This document shows, piece after piece, positions 1 through 9,978 of a stretch of 64,000 nucleotides of DNA (positions are counted from its first letter, which is position 1; each line of letters begins with the position of its first letter). A model generated the notes under the pieces. The model had not been told where the DNA came from and did not search any database. It was given only the letters and a program-made list of their open reading frames with translations. Made by a program: the position numbers and the translations under genes. Source of the stretch: Abditibacteriaceae bacterium (GTDB lineage Bacteria > Armatimonadota > Abditibacteriia > Abditibacteriales > Abditibacteriaceae); NCBI GenBank assembly GCA_965277285.1, contig OZ255721.1, positions 2,560,001 to 2,624,000 on the forward strand, given 5' to 3'.

Positions 1-1268
1 AGGTTCGCCAACAAACTTAAATCGTTGCTTAAACTCGCAATGGATTCGCGCGAGGCAGCGATAAGCGAAGTGCGCTTGAGAAAGGTTTCGACTCCGACGC
101 CATGCGCGAAACGGGCGGTCGTTCCAGTCGGCAAAGTGTGCGACGGCCCAGCGATATAATCGCCCAAGGGAACTGGCGTGTTGAGGAAAATCGCGCCTGC
201 GTGACGTATTCGAGTACTCAATGCGAGCGCGTCGCGGCTCCAGATTTCGACGTGTTCGGCTGCCGCAAGATTGCAAAGTTCGGCTGCTTCGTCCAAAGTC
301 TCGACGCGCAAAATCAAAGCGTTTTGCAACGATTCGCGCAAAATCTCGCGGCGCGGGTTCGCTGCGATTTGCGATTCGACTTCGCTCATCACAGCCGCGC
401 ACAAGATCGGCGAAGTGCAGACTAAACACACGAACGAATCGTTGCCATGTTCGGCCTGCGCGATCAAATCCGCCGCGATTTGTGGCGCTAAACGATGCGC
501 CGTTTCACTTTCTTCGCCGCCTTGTTCGGGCGAAGTGTCGGCCAAAACAACGACTTCGCTCGGCCCGTAAAGCCCATCAATGCCGACTTCGCCATACAGG
601 TATTTTTTTGCCAGCGTCACGTAAATGCTGCCTGGCCCAACGATTTTATCGACTTTGCGGACGGTTTTCGTGCCCAGCGCCAAGGCTGCCATCGCGCCTG
701 CGCCGCCAATTTTATAGATTTCTGTGATGCCTGCGACGCGCGCGGCGGCTAAAATCGTCGGGTTGCAGTTGCCATCTTTTCCCGACGGTGAAGCCAGCAC
801 AACTTCGGGCACGCCAGCGACTTGCGCGGGAATCGCCAGCATCAAAACCGTCGAAGGATAAGCGGCGCGACCGTTGGGCGCATACATTCCGACGCGATCA
901 AGCGGCGTATAGCGTTGTCCCAAAAACAAGCCGTCCGGCGACGACATGATCCAATCGCCGACGGGTTGCTTTCCATGAAAGGCGCGAATGTTCTGCGCGG
1001 CGCGTTGGAGCGCGCGTTTGGCTTCGTCCGGCGTTTGCGCCCACGCATCGTCGATTTCTGCGGGCGCAACGCGCAATTGTTCGAGCGTCAAATTGGGGCA
1101 AGAAAACTGGCGCTCGAAACGCAAAAGCGCGTCGTCACCGTCTTGTCGCACGGCTTCGCAAATGTCGCGCACGACGGTTTCAATTTCAGGTTGAGATGAA
1201 AACGCGCGGCTTATGTTGGATGCTGTTAAAGCCTCGCGCGCGGCTGAGAATCCTTCGATGAGTTGCAT
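1..1268 (-). CDS. hisD: Histidinol dehydrogenase, 3' end runs off the window; absent from the ORF track
   Basis: Manual minus-strand translation from ATG 1268 (MQLIEGFSAAR...) gives the C-terminal HisD motif HAGAIFLNTPVPLGDYIAGPSHTLPTGTTARF. Confidence 0.93.
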   Translation of the reverse strand, partial: MQLIEGFSAAREALTASNISRAFSSQPEIETVVRDICEAVRQDGDDALLRFERQFSCPNLTLEQLRVAPAEIDDAWAQTPDEAKRALQRAAQNIRAFHGKQPVGDWIMSSPDGLFLGQRYTPLDRVGMYAPNGRAAYPSTVLMLAIPAQVAGVPEVVLASPSGKDGNCNPTILAAARVAGITEIYKIGGAGAMAALALGTKTVRKVDKIVGPGSIYVTLAKKYLYGEVGIDGLYGPSEVVVLADTSPEQGGEESETAHRLAPQIAADLIAQAEHGNDSFVCLVCTSPILCAAVMSEVESQIAANPRREILRESLQNALILRVETLDEAAELCNLAAAEHVEIWSRDALALSTRIRHAGAIFLNTPVPLGDYIAGPSHTLPTGTTARFAHGVGVETFLKRTSLIAASRESIASLSNDLSLLAN

Positions 1269-1402
1269 GAAAGAAGTGTGCCACAACAATGCGCATTCGA
1301 GTACTCGATAAAGCTGCAAACCTTTAAAGACGCAAAGAACGCAAAGATTTTTCAGGTCTTGGCGTTCTTTGCGGTTTGACGTTCTTGAAACTGTTTCCTA
1401 TT

Positions 1403-2899
1403 TTACGAAATGGAAACGCTTCCACTGGTCAGCGAACCGCTGCGCGTGAAGTAAGGTGCAAGTTGCCCCGGCTTATACAAAGCGATGCTAAAGGTTTGCG
1501 CGCTGTTGTCGATAGTGACGACAAAGGTGCCTGGCGCATAACCTTTGCCACGCGAGAACGTGCCGCTAAACGTTGCGGTGCTGCCGCTGTAGGTCAATGT
1601 CGTAATTGCCGCATTGGACAAGTAAGTGCCGTTTTTGCTGGAGAAGCTGAGCGTTCCAACGGCATTGGGCGCATTAGCCGTGCTGGTGGCGTTGAAGACG
1701 AAATTGCTCTGATTGCCGCCACTGCCGATGGTTCCATCTCCCAAGACACCACGCAGGCTGAGAATAAAAATAATCGATTCTCCGTAGACGGTGCCGCTAC
1801 CAGTGATCTGGCCTCTGTTATTGATGGAGTCAGCTTCCTTTAGCACCCAATTGGAGGACGGGTCGATCAAGCTGTTGAGGTCTTGTGCGATGCCGCCCGA
1901 ATATACGAAAGCATGGTTACTGCTAAAGTTGCTCGAGTAAAAACTGCCGACTACGGTTCCGTTGTCATTGATGCCTAAGGCACCGCTATTGTTTTTACCA
2001 GCGGGCAGCAAGTTGCCGATGTCGGTCGCGCTTCCACCGGAATACACGAATGCGTGACCGTAGGTGCCGTTATAGAACTGTCCAACGACTTGGTTATGGT
2101 TGTTGACGCCTACTGCGTGAGCTTCCGTTGAATTGCCCAGTGCGGGATTCAGGTCGGTGACTGTTCCGTTCGAGTACAGGTAAGCATGAACCACATTGCC
2201 AGATGTGCGGTATTCGCCGACAATCGCACTGCTGTTGTTAATATTGTAAGCCCTGCTGTAAATCGTGCCGACGGGAAATGCCGGATTCAAATCTTGCACT
2301 GCGCCGCCCGAATACAGAAACGCATGATTGTCCGAGAAAGGTGGAGAATAAAAGTAACCTACGACTTGCCCGCTGTTGTTGATACTTTCAGCGTAGCTGT
2401 CGGTGGTACCCAAGGGAAAGAGCCCACTGAGGTCTTGCGCTGTGTTGCGGAATGGCGAGTAAATAAACGAATGGCTTTCATGGGCGCCATCGTAAAAATA
2501 GCCAGTAATCAGGTTGCTGTCACTCAGGTCTTGCGCATAGCTGCCGTCCGGCGGGTTGCCCAGCGCCGCGTTGAAATCATTTACCACACCGTTGTAGTAG
2601 AAAGCGTGATCAGAGTAGTCGCCAAAAGAGTCCGGATAATAATGGCCTACGACGTTCCCACTATTGTTGATACTGGTAGTGAAGTTGCTGTAAATGGAGG
2701 GCGCAATGCCGGTAATTGAGTACTGGGAGGCACGGGAAGGTGTCGCCAGTGCGCTGGTTACACCCAGGACAATCAGTGCCGCCAGCGGCGTCGCTTTGCG
2801 AAAGTGGTGAAACCTTCCAGTTCGTGCGATTGGCGCTTGCGCTTTGGTGGCAGTCGGCAACGCGAGTTCGACCGTTTGTTTGCGGAGCATTTGGATCAT
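1403..2899 (-). CDS. Secreted HAF-repeat (DUF3466-like) extracellular protein
   Basis: Repeated units such as INNSGQVVG...HAFLYSGG..QDL; hydrophobic signal-like segment. AGGAG upstream of ATG 2899 (track start 2923). Confidence 0.85.
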   Translation of the reverse strand: MIQMLRKQTVELALPTATKAQAPIARTGRFHHFRKATPLAALIVLGVTSALATPSRASQYSITGIAPSIYSNFTTSINNSGNVVGHYYPDSFGDYSDHAFYYNGVVNDFNAALGNPPDGSYAQDLSDSNLITGYFYDGAHESHSFIYSPFRNTAQDLSGLFPLGTTDSYAESINNSGQVVGYFYSPPFSDNHAFLYSGGAVQDLNPAFPVGTIYSRAYNINNSSAIVGEYRTSGNVVHAYLYSNGTVTDLNPALGNSTEAHAVGVNNHNQVVGQFYNGTYGHAFVYSGGSATDIGNLLPAGKNNSGALGINDNGTVVGSFYSSNFSSNHAFVYSGGIAQDLNSLIDPSSNWVLKEADSINNRGQITGSGTVYGESIIFILSLRGVLGDGTIGSGGNQSNFVFNATSTANAPNAVGTLSFSSKNGTYLSNAAITTLTYSGSTATFSGTFSRGKGYAPGTFVVTIDNSAQTFSIALYKPGQLAPYFTRSGSLTSGSVSIS

Positions 2900-3302
2900 T
2901 TCTGTTCTCCTTATCATCGCCATTATCTTCGACCAAAGGGGACGACAAACCCGAAATCGGCATCAAATTGCCGACCGAACGAAGTTACGAAGAAAAGCAA
3001 TAGTGTGATGCTGTCACGATAACATATTTTTGCCACATTTGTCATTTGACAAAAGCTTTTTGCGCAACCAAATACGGCAAGACTGTGGCTCGCAAAATTC
3101 TTCGATGCTTCGTCCGTCCGACAAGGGTGTTGCAAGGCGCGGCGGACAAGTTGTTCGAGTACTCGAATTCAAATCTCGGACTACAGAAATCGCGCCTTAC
3201 AACGCGGACTACAAAAGAAGGTGGAAACGTGATAAAGTGCCTTGGCAGCGCTTCTTTGAAGTGTTTGGTGAATGGCACAGAGTTTTATGGTATCCTGTGC
3301 GT

Positions 3303-3782
3303 GTGCCAAAGCGAACGACCAGCCGCAGGACTTGGACGGAAGAGCAACTGCGCGAAGCCGTCAAAACCTCGCGTTCGATTCGCAAGGTGTTACAATCTTT
3401 GGGATTGCGCGCAACAGGCGGAAATTATTGTAGCATTCAATCGTGGATCAAAGAATTGAAAATTGATACATCCCATTTTCTCGGCCAAGGCTGGTGCAAG
3501 CAACCGCCCCGTTTTTCGTGGGACTTAGTCGAGATCTTAGTGGAGAATTCTCTTTACACGAACTCGGGAGCTTTGAAGCGGCGTTTGATGAAAGAAGGTG
3601 TTTTTTCGGCTCGTTGTCAGCGTTGCGGCCTGGCCGAGTGGTTGGGGCAAGCGGTTCCTTTGGAGTTAGAACATATTAATGGTGTGAGAACTGACAATCG
3701 GCGCGAGAATCTGCAACTTCTTTGTCCGAACTGTCATGCCTTTACACCGACCTATCGGAGACGTAAAAGTTCGCTCGGGTAG
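3303..3782 (+). CDS. HNH endonuclease
   Basis: CQRC...LELEHINGVRTDNRRENLQLLCPNCH motif; N-terminal TWTEEQLREAVKTSRS segment. Start codon uncertain (GTG 3297 or 3303). Confidence 0.88.
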   Translation: MPKRTTSRRTWTEEQLREAVKTSRSIRKVLQSLGLRATGGNYCSIQSWIKELKIDTSHFLGQGWCKQPPRFSWDLVEILVENSLYTNSGALKRRLMKEGVFSARCQRCGLAEWLGQAVPLELEHINGVRTDNRRENLQLLCPNCHAFTPTYRRRKSSLG

Positions 3783-3846
3783 CCCAATGGCAGGAGGCAC
3801 CGGACTTAAAATCCGTACAGTGTGGGTTCGAGTCCCATCCCGAGTA
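3773..3846 (+). tRNA. tRNA-Leu (anticodon UAA), short variable arm, CCA not encoded
   Basis: Acceptor stem GCTCGGG/CCCGAGT, D-loop TGGCAGGA, anticodon arm CCGGA-CTTAAAA-TCCGT, T arm GTGGG-TTCGAGT-CCCAT. Confidence 0.9.
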
Positions 3847-3856
3847 TTATTTAGTT

Positions 3857-4057
3857 CAAGTTGCCATTGTGCCTGCGCGTGAACTCGCGGCTTGTGTGCC
3901 CTTTGGGCAGGTGCTTACGCCGCGGGTGCCCTTTGGGCGGATCGGCCTGTGCCAACGATAGAGTATTTTCAATGTCGCGTCGGCGCAGGCCGACGCTTCT
4001 TTGCGAAGCGAAGCAAAGCCCAGCCGCGAGTTCACGCGCAGGCACAATGGCAACTTG
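3857..4057. mobile_element. MITE/REPIN-like element with perfect 36-bp terminal inverted repeats
   Basis: CAAGTTGCCATTGTGCCTGCGCGTGAACTCGCGGCT (3857-3892) is the exact reverse complement of 4022-4057; internal direct repeat GTGCCCTTTGGGC x2. Confidence 0.65.
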
Positions 4058-4184
4058 GGTTATGTATTTGTCGCACCAGTTTCGTTCGCGCATTCGATTT
4101 TCCATGACACTTCCTGCGACGCAAACTGGTTCTTCCGTGGCATGTTTCGCTTCGCCGCCGATTACTCTCCATCCCATTACTCAA

Positions 4185-4805
4185 ATGCCGATCTTGTTGG
4201 CTTCCGCTTCGCCGCGCCGCGCGCAAATTTTGCAAACCCTGGGCATTCCTTTTCGCATCGTCGAAAGCGCCTTTCAGGAAGCGCCGCCGCGACCCGAAGA
4301 TCACGCGCATCCGGTTCGTTTTGTCGAAAGCCTAGCACGACAAAAAGCGCGCGGCTGCGGCGACCAAAACCCGCGCGCTCTGGTTCTGACAGCGGATACA
4401 ATTGTGTGGCACGACGGCGAAATCTTGGGCAAGCCGCAAGATGAAGACGATGCGTTTGCGACTTTGCAACGATTGCGCAACAGTGAACATCAGGTTTTGA
4501 CCGGCGTTTGTCTGCGTCACGCCAACGCAAACGAAGAGTTCGAGTACTCGATAGCGCACGAAACGACGCGCGTGCGTTTCCGCGATGTCAGCGACAATTG
4601 GATTCGGGCTTATGTCCAAACTGGCGAACCGATGGACAAAGCCGGAAGTTATGGCGCGCAAGGCAAAGGCGCGATTTTGGTCGAGCGCATCGAAGGCGAT
4701 TTCTGGAACGTCGTCGGGTTGCCGTTAAGACCTTTGCGCGAACTGTTAGAAAACGCGGGCGCAGCAATTGAAAATTTTTGGCAGCCCAACGAACCCGAAG
4801 CGTAA
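4185..4805 (+). CDS. maf: Maf-family nucleoside triphosphate pyrophosphatase
   Basis: [15 protein letters not shown]...[15 protein letters not shown] and NVVGLP motifs; lies upstream of mreBCD. Confidence 0.95.
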   Translation: MPILLASASPRRAQILQTLGIPFRIVESAFQEAPPRPEDHAHPVRFVESLARQKARGCGDQNPRALVLTADTIVWHDGEILGKPQDEDDAFATLQRLRNSEHQVLTGVCLRHANANEEFEYSIAHETTRVRFRDVSDNWIRAYVQTGEPMDKAGSYGAQGKGAILVERIEGDFWNVVGLPLRPLRELLENAGAAIENFWQPNEPEA

Positions 4806-4872
4806 GCGACGGGGTGAAATGATATTTACATCGAACAATTACGCTCAGCCCGTCGCTGACGCTCAGGGTTCG
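4791..4872. repeat. REP family A inverted pair (GAACCCGAAGCGTAAGCGACGGG ... CCCGTCGCT.ACGCT..GGGTTC)
   Basis: Related inverted pairs occur at about 23858, 24849, 34862, 48903 and 53915. Confidence 0.85.
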
Positions 4873-4929
4873 TTGATTTTTAACAATCGAGTACTCGATG
4901 TTCGGTCTTTTAGTCAGGTTGGAGAAATT

Positions 4930-5967
4930 TTGTTCAAGCAGTTATTTGGTCGTTTTTCGCAGGACATGGGCATCGACTTGGGCACGGCGAACACGCTGGT
5001 TCATGTGCGCGGTCGCGGCATCGTGTTGCGCGAGCCAAGCGTTGTCGCCATGAACCGCGAAACGCATCGCGTCGAAGCCGTCGGCGAAGCGGCCAAGCAA
5101 ATGGTCGGACGCACGCCTTCTCATATCGTGGCGATTCGGCCTTTGCGCGACGGCGTGATTTCGGATTTTGAAATCACCGAAAAGATGCTGAAGCATTTCA
5201 TCCTTGCGGTGCATGGAGGCCGCTCCTTCGCTCGACCGCGCGTCATGGTCGGCATTCCCAGTGGCATCACCGAAGTCGAAAAGCGCGCCGTCATCGAAGC
5301 CGCCATGAAAGCCGGAGCACGCGATGCCAGGACAATTGAAGAACCGATGGCCGCGGCGATTGGCGCTGGGCTTCCCGTCAGTGAACCGACAGGCTCGATG
5401 ATTGTCGACATTGGCGGCGGCACGACTGAAGTCGCGGTGATTTCGCTGGGCGGCATCGTGACATCACGGTCTCTGCGCATCGCGGGCGACGAAATTGACG
5501 AAGCGATCATCGCGTATGTGCGGCGCAGCTTCAATATGCTGATTGGCGAGCGCACGGCGGAAACTTTGAAAATGGAAATCGGCTCGGCGTTTCCCTTGCG
5601 CGAAGAAGTGAAATGGGAAATTCGCGGGCGCGATTTAGTCAACGGCTTGCCGCGCAGCATTTGCATCAATTCTGCGGAACTGCGCGAAGCGATTAAAGAG
5701 CCGGTCTGGGAAATCGTTGAAACCGTCAAAACCACGCTCGAGCAAAGTCCGCCCGAACTGTCGTCCGATATTATGGAGCGCGGCATTGTGCTCGCGGGCG
5801 GCGGCGCTTTGTTACGCGGATTAGATCAACTGCTGGAAAAAGAAACCAGCATTCCGGTTCATATCGCCGCCGATCCGTTGACCTGCGTCGCGCTGGGAAC
5901 CGGCGAAACCGTCGAAGCCTGGGATACGTGGACGAGTTCCAATCAGGCGATTTATGGAGGCAGATGA
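4930..5967 (+). CDS. mreB: Rod shape-determining protein MreB
   Basis: [32 protein letters not shown] and DIGGGTTE motifs; GGAG upstream of TTG 4930. Confidence 0.97.
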   Translation: MFKQLFGRFSQDMGIDLGTANTLVHVRGRGIVLREPSVVAMNRETHRVEAVGEAAKQMVGRTPSHIVAIRPLRDGVISDFEITEKMLKHFILAVHGGRSFARPRVMVGIPSGITEVEKRAVIEAAMKAGARDARTIEEPMAAAIGAGLPVSEPTGSMIVDIGGGTTEVAVISLGGIVTSRSLRIAGDEIDEAIIAYVRRSFNMLIGERTAETLKMEIGSAFPLREEVKWEIRGRDLVNGLPRSICINSAELREAIKEPVWEIVETVKTTLEQSPPELSSDIMERGIVLAGGGALLRGLDQLLEKETSIPVHIAADPLTCVALGTGETVEAWDTWTSSNQAIYGGR

Positions 5968-6040
5968 GTTCTCAGTTTTGAATTCTCAGTTTTGAGTTAT
6001 GGGCTTCAACTCAAAACTGAGAATTCAAAACTGAGAACTC
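5966..6040. repeat. Perfect 33-bp-arm hairpin built from heptamer repeats, between mreB and mreC
   Basis: GAGTTCTCAGTTTTGAATTCTCAGTTTTGAGTT (5966-5998) is the reverse complement of 6008-6040. Confidence 0.85.
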
Positions 6041-6045
6041 CCGCG

Positions 6046-6867
6046 ATGCGTCGTCTTCCCGCTCCCTTTTTTCTTGCGCTGATGCTGGTGCTTTGTGTCG
6101 TGCTGGTATGGTGGCAAAAGCGCGCCAGTCAACGCGGCAAGATGTCGGCGCCCGCAACGGTGAGCGTCGGGCTTTTGGGCGGCACCAATCGCGTACTCAA
6201 CGGCGTCGGCGGCTGGTTTGGTGATGTCGGGCACGCCATGATCGGGCGCGGCGGCGCCATCGAAGAAAACCAGAAGTTGCAGGCGCAAGTCGCCGATTTG
6301 CAAGGTCAAAACCAGCGTTTGACGCGTTATCACCTGGAAAACGCCGAACTGCGCAAATTATTGCAAACGCCCAAAGCGCCGGGTGGGAAAAGCATTGCGG
6401 CGAACATCGTGGCGCTGGATGCGACGAACTTCGCGCGCCGCGTCACGCTTGACGTTGGTTCTCGTCAGGGCGTGCGCGTCAAAGATGTGGTTTACGTCGC
6501 GCAAGGCGTTGTCGGCCAAGTCATCGAAGTTTCGCCGTTCAATTGCGTCGTCTTGCTGCTGACCGATGGCGATTCGGGCGCCATTGGCGCGATGACTTCG
6601 CGCAGCGGCGCTAAAGGCATTTTGACGGGCAACGGCAGCGCCTTGTGTCATCTGGAAATTATGAGTTCGTATCAAGCTGATGTGCGCGAAGGCGATTTGG
6701 TCTTGACCTCGGGCTTGTCCGATATTTTTCCGCGCGGCCTGGTTGTGGGACGCATTATCAAAGTGACGCGCGACCGCAGCTATTCGCGCCTGACCGCCGA
6801 AGTCGAACCCGCCGCGCCGCTTGATCAGATTTCCACTGTTTATGTCCGCACAGGCGCCGGACCGTAG
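6046..6867 (+). CDS. mreC: Rod shape-determining protein MreC
   Basis: N-terminal TM segment, coiled coil ENAELRKLL, GDLVLTSGL..IFPRGLVVG motif; operon position. Confidence 0.93.
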   Translation: MRRLPAPFFLALMLVLCVVLVWWQKRASQRGKMSAPATVSVGLLGGTNRVLNGVGGWFGDVGHAMIGRGGAIEENQKLQAQVADLQGQNQRLTRYHLENAELRKLLQTPKAPGGKSIAANIVALDATNFARRVTLDVGSRQGVRVKDVVYVAQGVVGQVIEVSPFNCVVLLLTDGDSGAIGAMTSRSGAKGILTGNGSALCHLEIMSSYQADVREGDLVLTSGLSDIFPRGLVVGRIIKVTRDRSYSRLTAEVEPAAPLDQISTVYVRTGAGP

Positions 6868-6909
6868 TGAAAATATCGAGTACTCGATTTGCTCTTTCGT
6901 TTTGATGAG

Positions 6910-7016
6910 ACACAGCGGCTTCGCCTGCACGGATTGAACGGATAAGCACAGATCGAAATCAAACCGAGTAAAATCCATGTTCATCCATCCAATCCGTGTC
7001 GGCGAAGCCGCCGTGT
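6910..7016. repeat. Imperfect inverted repeat of the CACGGAT...ATCCGTG family
   Basis: GCGGCTTCGCC..CACGGATTG ... CAATCCGTGTCGGCGAAGCCGC; a similar structure lies at 27602-27718. Confidence 0.6.
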
Positions 7017-7047
7017 TCTAATTTGAGACAACATTCCCAATAGATTG

Positions 7048-7542
7048 ATGAACGAACTTCCGACGTGGCGTATCTGGCCGGTTTTGTTGATAGCGTTCGC
7101 GCTGCAAACATCGTGGCTGGCGCGCTTTCAGATTGGCGGCACGCATCTCGATTTACCACTTCTCATCGTGATTTCGGTCGCGCTCATTTTGGGCTGGCGC
7201 TGGGGCAGCGTCGTTGGCCTCGTCGCAGGTTTGGTGACGGGTTATGTGGTGGCGAAGAATCCAGGTTCGTTCGCGTTTAGTCGTTTGGTGGTTGGCGCTC
7301 TTCTGGGTTTGGCGGATCGCGGCGCGGTCAGCGACAATCCTCTGGTGCCGCCGCTTTTGGCCGCTCTTGGAACATTATTGGCCGATGGCATTGTCTGGCT
7401 GATGGCGCCGACGGATTTTTCGGTTTCGTGGTGGCTGCATCACACACCGATTCGCATGGCACTGCACGCATTTCTCATCTGGCCGCTGCATTGGCTGTTA
7501 TTACGCTGGCTCAAACCACCTTCCAGGCTGATGTTCGGCTGA
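7048..7542 (+). CDS. mreD: Rod shape-determining protein MreD
   Basis: 165-aa polytopic membrane protein with DLPLL motif, directly after mreC. Confidence 0.85.
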   Translation: MNELPTWRIWPVLLIAFALQTSWLARFQIGGTHLDLPLLIVISVALILGWRWGSVVGLVAGLVTGYVVAKNPGSFAFSRLVVGALLGLADRGAVSDNPLVPPLLAALGTLLADGIVWLMAPTDFSVSWWLHHTPIRMALHAFLIWPLHWLLLRWLKPPSRLMFG

Positions 7543-7575
7543 AACTTGCGCCATCGAGTACTCGATTGATTCGAC

Positions 7576-8076
7576 TTAATGCGCAACGCCGCGTTTGTGC
7601 TTCTCGAAAATCTCCAACATTCGTCCATAAGAATTCGGATATAAATAAGCAAAGCGTTCGTGATTCTGCATTGCGAAATTCCTTGCATCGCCCGACGTAA
7701 TGATGCTCAATGTCGTGACCAATTTTGTGCCGCGATAAAATTCGCAACGATACTGCTCCGATGGATAGGGTCCAGGTGTCAGAGGAAAAAAACTTCGGAT
7801 TTTGCTTGGCAAAAGGAGAGAATCCACAAAATTGCGCGCTTCTTTTCCTTGCAACACGAAATGCTCTCCCTCAATATACGTATCATAAGAACCGGTGAAA
7901 AAGCTGACTTTCACTTGTGTTGTTCCATCCAATTGGCGCCGTAATGTAATTGTGTCGGACGATAAACCGATACCCTGTCTCCACCACACCGCGAGAAACA
8001 AAATCAGCGCAGGCAAAGAAGCCCACTTCAGTATTTTGCGCCAGCCGCCCGATTTGGTTTTCGCTTTGATTGTCAT
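7576..8076 (-). CDS. Hypothetical membrane-anchored protein
   Basis: GGAG upstream of ATG 8076; N-terminal TM segment; appears more AT-rich than its neighbours. Confidence 0.65.
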   Translation of the reverse strand: MTIKAKTKSGGWRKILKWASLPALILFLAVWWRQGIGLSSDTITLRRQLDGTTQVKVSFFTGSYDTYIEGEHFVLQGKEARNFVDSLLLPSKIRSFFPLTPGPYPSEQYRCEFYRGTKLVTTLSIITSGDARNFAMQNHERFAYLYPNSYGRMLEIFEKHKRGVAH

Positions 8077-8190
8077 CGTATCTCCGCGTATTTCTTCGTT
8101 CCACAAATCGTAGCACAATCTTATCGAGTACTCGATGAGCGCGTTAAACTGTGGCGCAGTCCATCAAATTTCAGCCAACTTCCTTGCATT

Positions 8191-9966
8191 ATGCTCGCAC
8201 CTTCTTACCCAATTCCTCAATCCAGCCGACTTTTGCCGCCTAAAGTTAAGCCCGAAGCGCGTTGGCGCACGCGCACTTCTGTCAACGCCCAGGACGCGCA
8301 GATCGCGCAACTTTGCGATATTTCGCCGGTCACCGCCGCCATTTTACGCACGCGCGGACTGGAAACAATGGAAGCCGTCAATTGTTTTCTCGAACCCGAT
8401 TTGTGCGGGCTGCACGATCCAAATCTGTTGCCCGACATCGAAATCGCGGTCGAACGCTTGCATCGCGCGATTGAAAATAAAGAGCCGATGCTGGTTTATG
8501 GCGATTACGACGTGGACGGCGTGACTTCGACCGCGATGCTGATGCGCTCGCTGAAAAGTCTGGGCGCCAATGTCGTTTGCCGCATTCCCGAACGCAAAGG
8601 CGAAGGCTACGGTTTGAACGTGTGGGCGATGGACGAAATCGCGGCTCAAGGCATCAAGTTTATCCTCACGGCGGATTGCGGCATCCGCGATTGGGAAGCG
8701 GTGGCGCGCGCCAATGAATTGAAGATGGATGTCGTCGTGACCGATCACCACGAACCAGGCCTGAAGTTGCCCAAAGCGTTGGCGGTTATCAATCCAAAAC
8801 GCGCCGATTCGACATATCCGTTTCGAGAACTGAGCGGCTGCGGCGTCGCGTTCAAGTTGATGCAGGCGTTGTTGCAAAAACATTGGCCGCGCCACCTCGA
8901 TTCGTTCTGGGACAAGTTCGTCGAGTTCGCGGCGATGGCGGCGATTGCCGATTGCGTGCCTTTGGAAAACGAAAACCGCATTTTGGCGCGCGAAGGTTTG
9001 CGACGTTTGGCCTCGACACAAAAACATGGCTTGATCGCGCTGAAGAAAGTCGCCGGTTTGCGCGATGGAATGGCGACATTGCGCGGCAGCGATGTCGGTT
9101 TTCGCATGGGACCACGCTTGAACGCGGCGGGTCGCTTGGATTCGGCGACCAAAAGTTTGCAGCTTTTGATGGCTATGAGCGCGATTGAAGCCGATGAATT
9201 GGCGGCGCAATTGGAAGAGTTCAACGTGTTGCGGCGCGAAGTGGAAAAGCGCATCGTCGATGAAGCGTGCAAAATCGTTGAAAGCGATCACGATCTGACG
9301 CGCGACATGGCGATTGTGGTGTGGAGCGAAGGCTGGCACGGCGGCGTTGTCGGCCTGGTCGCGTCTCGCCTGACCGACAAGTTTTGCCGTCCCGCTCTGG
9401 TTTTTAACCGCGACGGCACGCACGCGACTGGCAGCGGACGAAGTTTCGGCGATTTCAATCTGCACCAGATCATCGAAAAAAATAAGAAGCTCATCGTCAA
9501 AGGCGGCGGTCACGCGGCGGCCTGCGGCATGACGGTGAAAAGCGATGATTTGGAAGAACTGCGCAATCGAGTACTCGAATTGGCCAGTCAGCACATCAAA
9601 GTCGAAGATTGCGTGCCTTTAGTTGAAGCCGATTGCGAAGTTTCAGGACGCGATTTGACGCTGCAATTGGCGCGCGATCTGGAAAAACTGGAGCCGTGCG
9701 GCATGGGCAACGAAGAAGCGCGCCTGATGCTGCGCGGCGTTCGCGTTCTCGACGGCAAAGGCATGGGCAAAAATGGCGAGCACTTGAAATGGTTTTTGGA
9801 AGCCGATGGTGTGCGCCTGGAAGCCGTCTGGTTTCGTCCCGGCGAACGCGCCGCCAACATGGTCAAAGATTCCGTCGTCGATTTGTGTTTTGTCCCTGAA
9901 CTGAACGTGTGGAACGGCCAAACCAAACTGCAATTGATGGTCAAAGACGCGCGCTTGAAGAAGTAA
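8191..9966 (+). CDS. recJ: ssDNA-specific exonuclease RecJ
   Basis: YGDYDVDG, TADCG, TDHH, PRLNAAGR and GGGHAAACG motifs. Confidence 0.97.
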   Translation: MLAPSYPIPQSSRLLPPKVKPEARWRTRTSVNAQDAQIAQLCDISPVTAAILRTRGLETMEAVNCFLEPDLCGLHDPNLLPDIEIAVERLHRAIENKEPMLVYGDYDVDGVTSTAMLMRSLKSLGANVVCRIPERKGEGYGLNVWAMDEIAAQGIKFILTADCGIRDWEAVARANELKMDVVVTDHHEPGLKLPKALAVINPKRADSTYPFRELSGCGVAFKLMQALLQKHWPRHLDSFWDKFVEFAAMAAIADCVPLENENRILAREGLRRLASTQKHGLIALKKVAGLRDGMATLRGSDVGFRMGPRLNAAGRLDSATKSLQLLMAMSAIEADELAAQLEEFNVLRREVEKRIVDEACKIVESDHDLTRDMAIVVWSEGWHGGVVGLVASRLTDKFCRPALVFNRDGTHATGSGRSFGDFNLHQIIEKNKKLIVKGGGHAAACGMTVKSDDLEELRNRVLELASQHIKVEDCVPLVEADCEVSGRDLTLQLARDLEKLEPCGMGNEEARLMLRGVRVLDGKGMGKNGEHLKWFLEADGVRLEAVWFRPGERAANMVKDSVVDLCFVPELNVWNGQTKLQLMVKDARLKK

Positions 9967-9978
9967 TCGAGTACTCGA

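Noticed and set aside
102..1199. Plus-strand ORFs in the track
   Set aside because: They are shadow frames of hisD on the minus strand.
3827..3833. TTCGAGTACTCGAA equals the tRNA T-loop heptamer TTCGAGT plus its reverse complement
   Set aside because: A 7-bp match can be chance, the outer base of the motif is A about as often as T, and no integrase is present.
3861..4184. Long N-terminal extension of Maf (similar extensions for mreB, mreC and yyaL)
   Set aside because: The extensions read through repeat elements; family motifs start at the downstream start codons.
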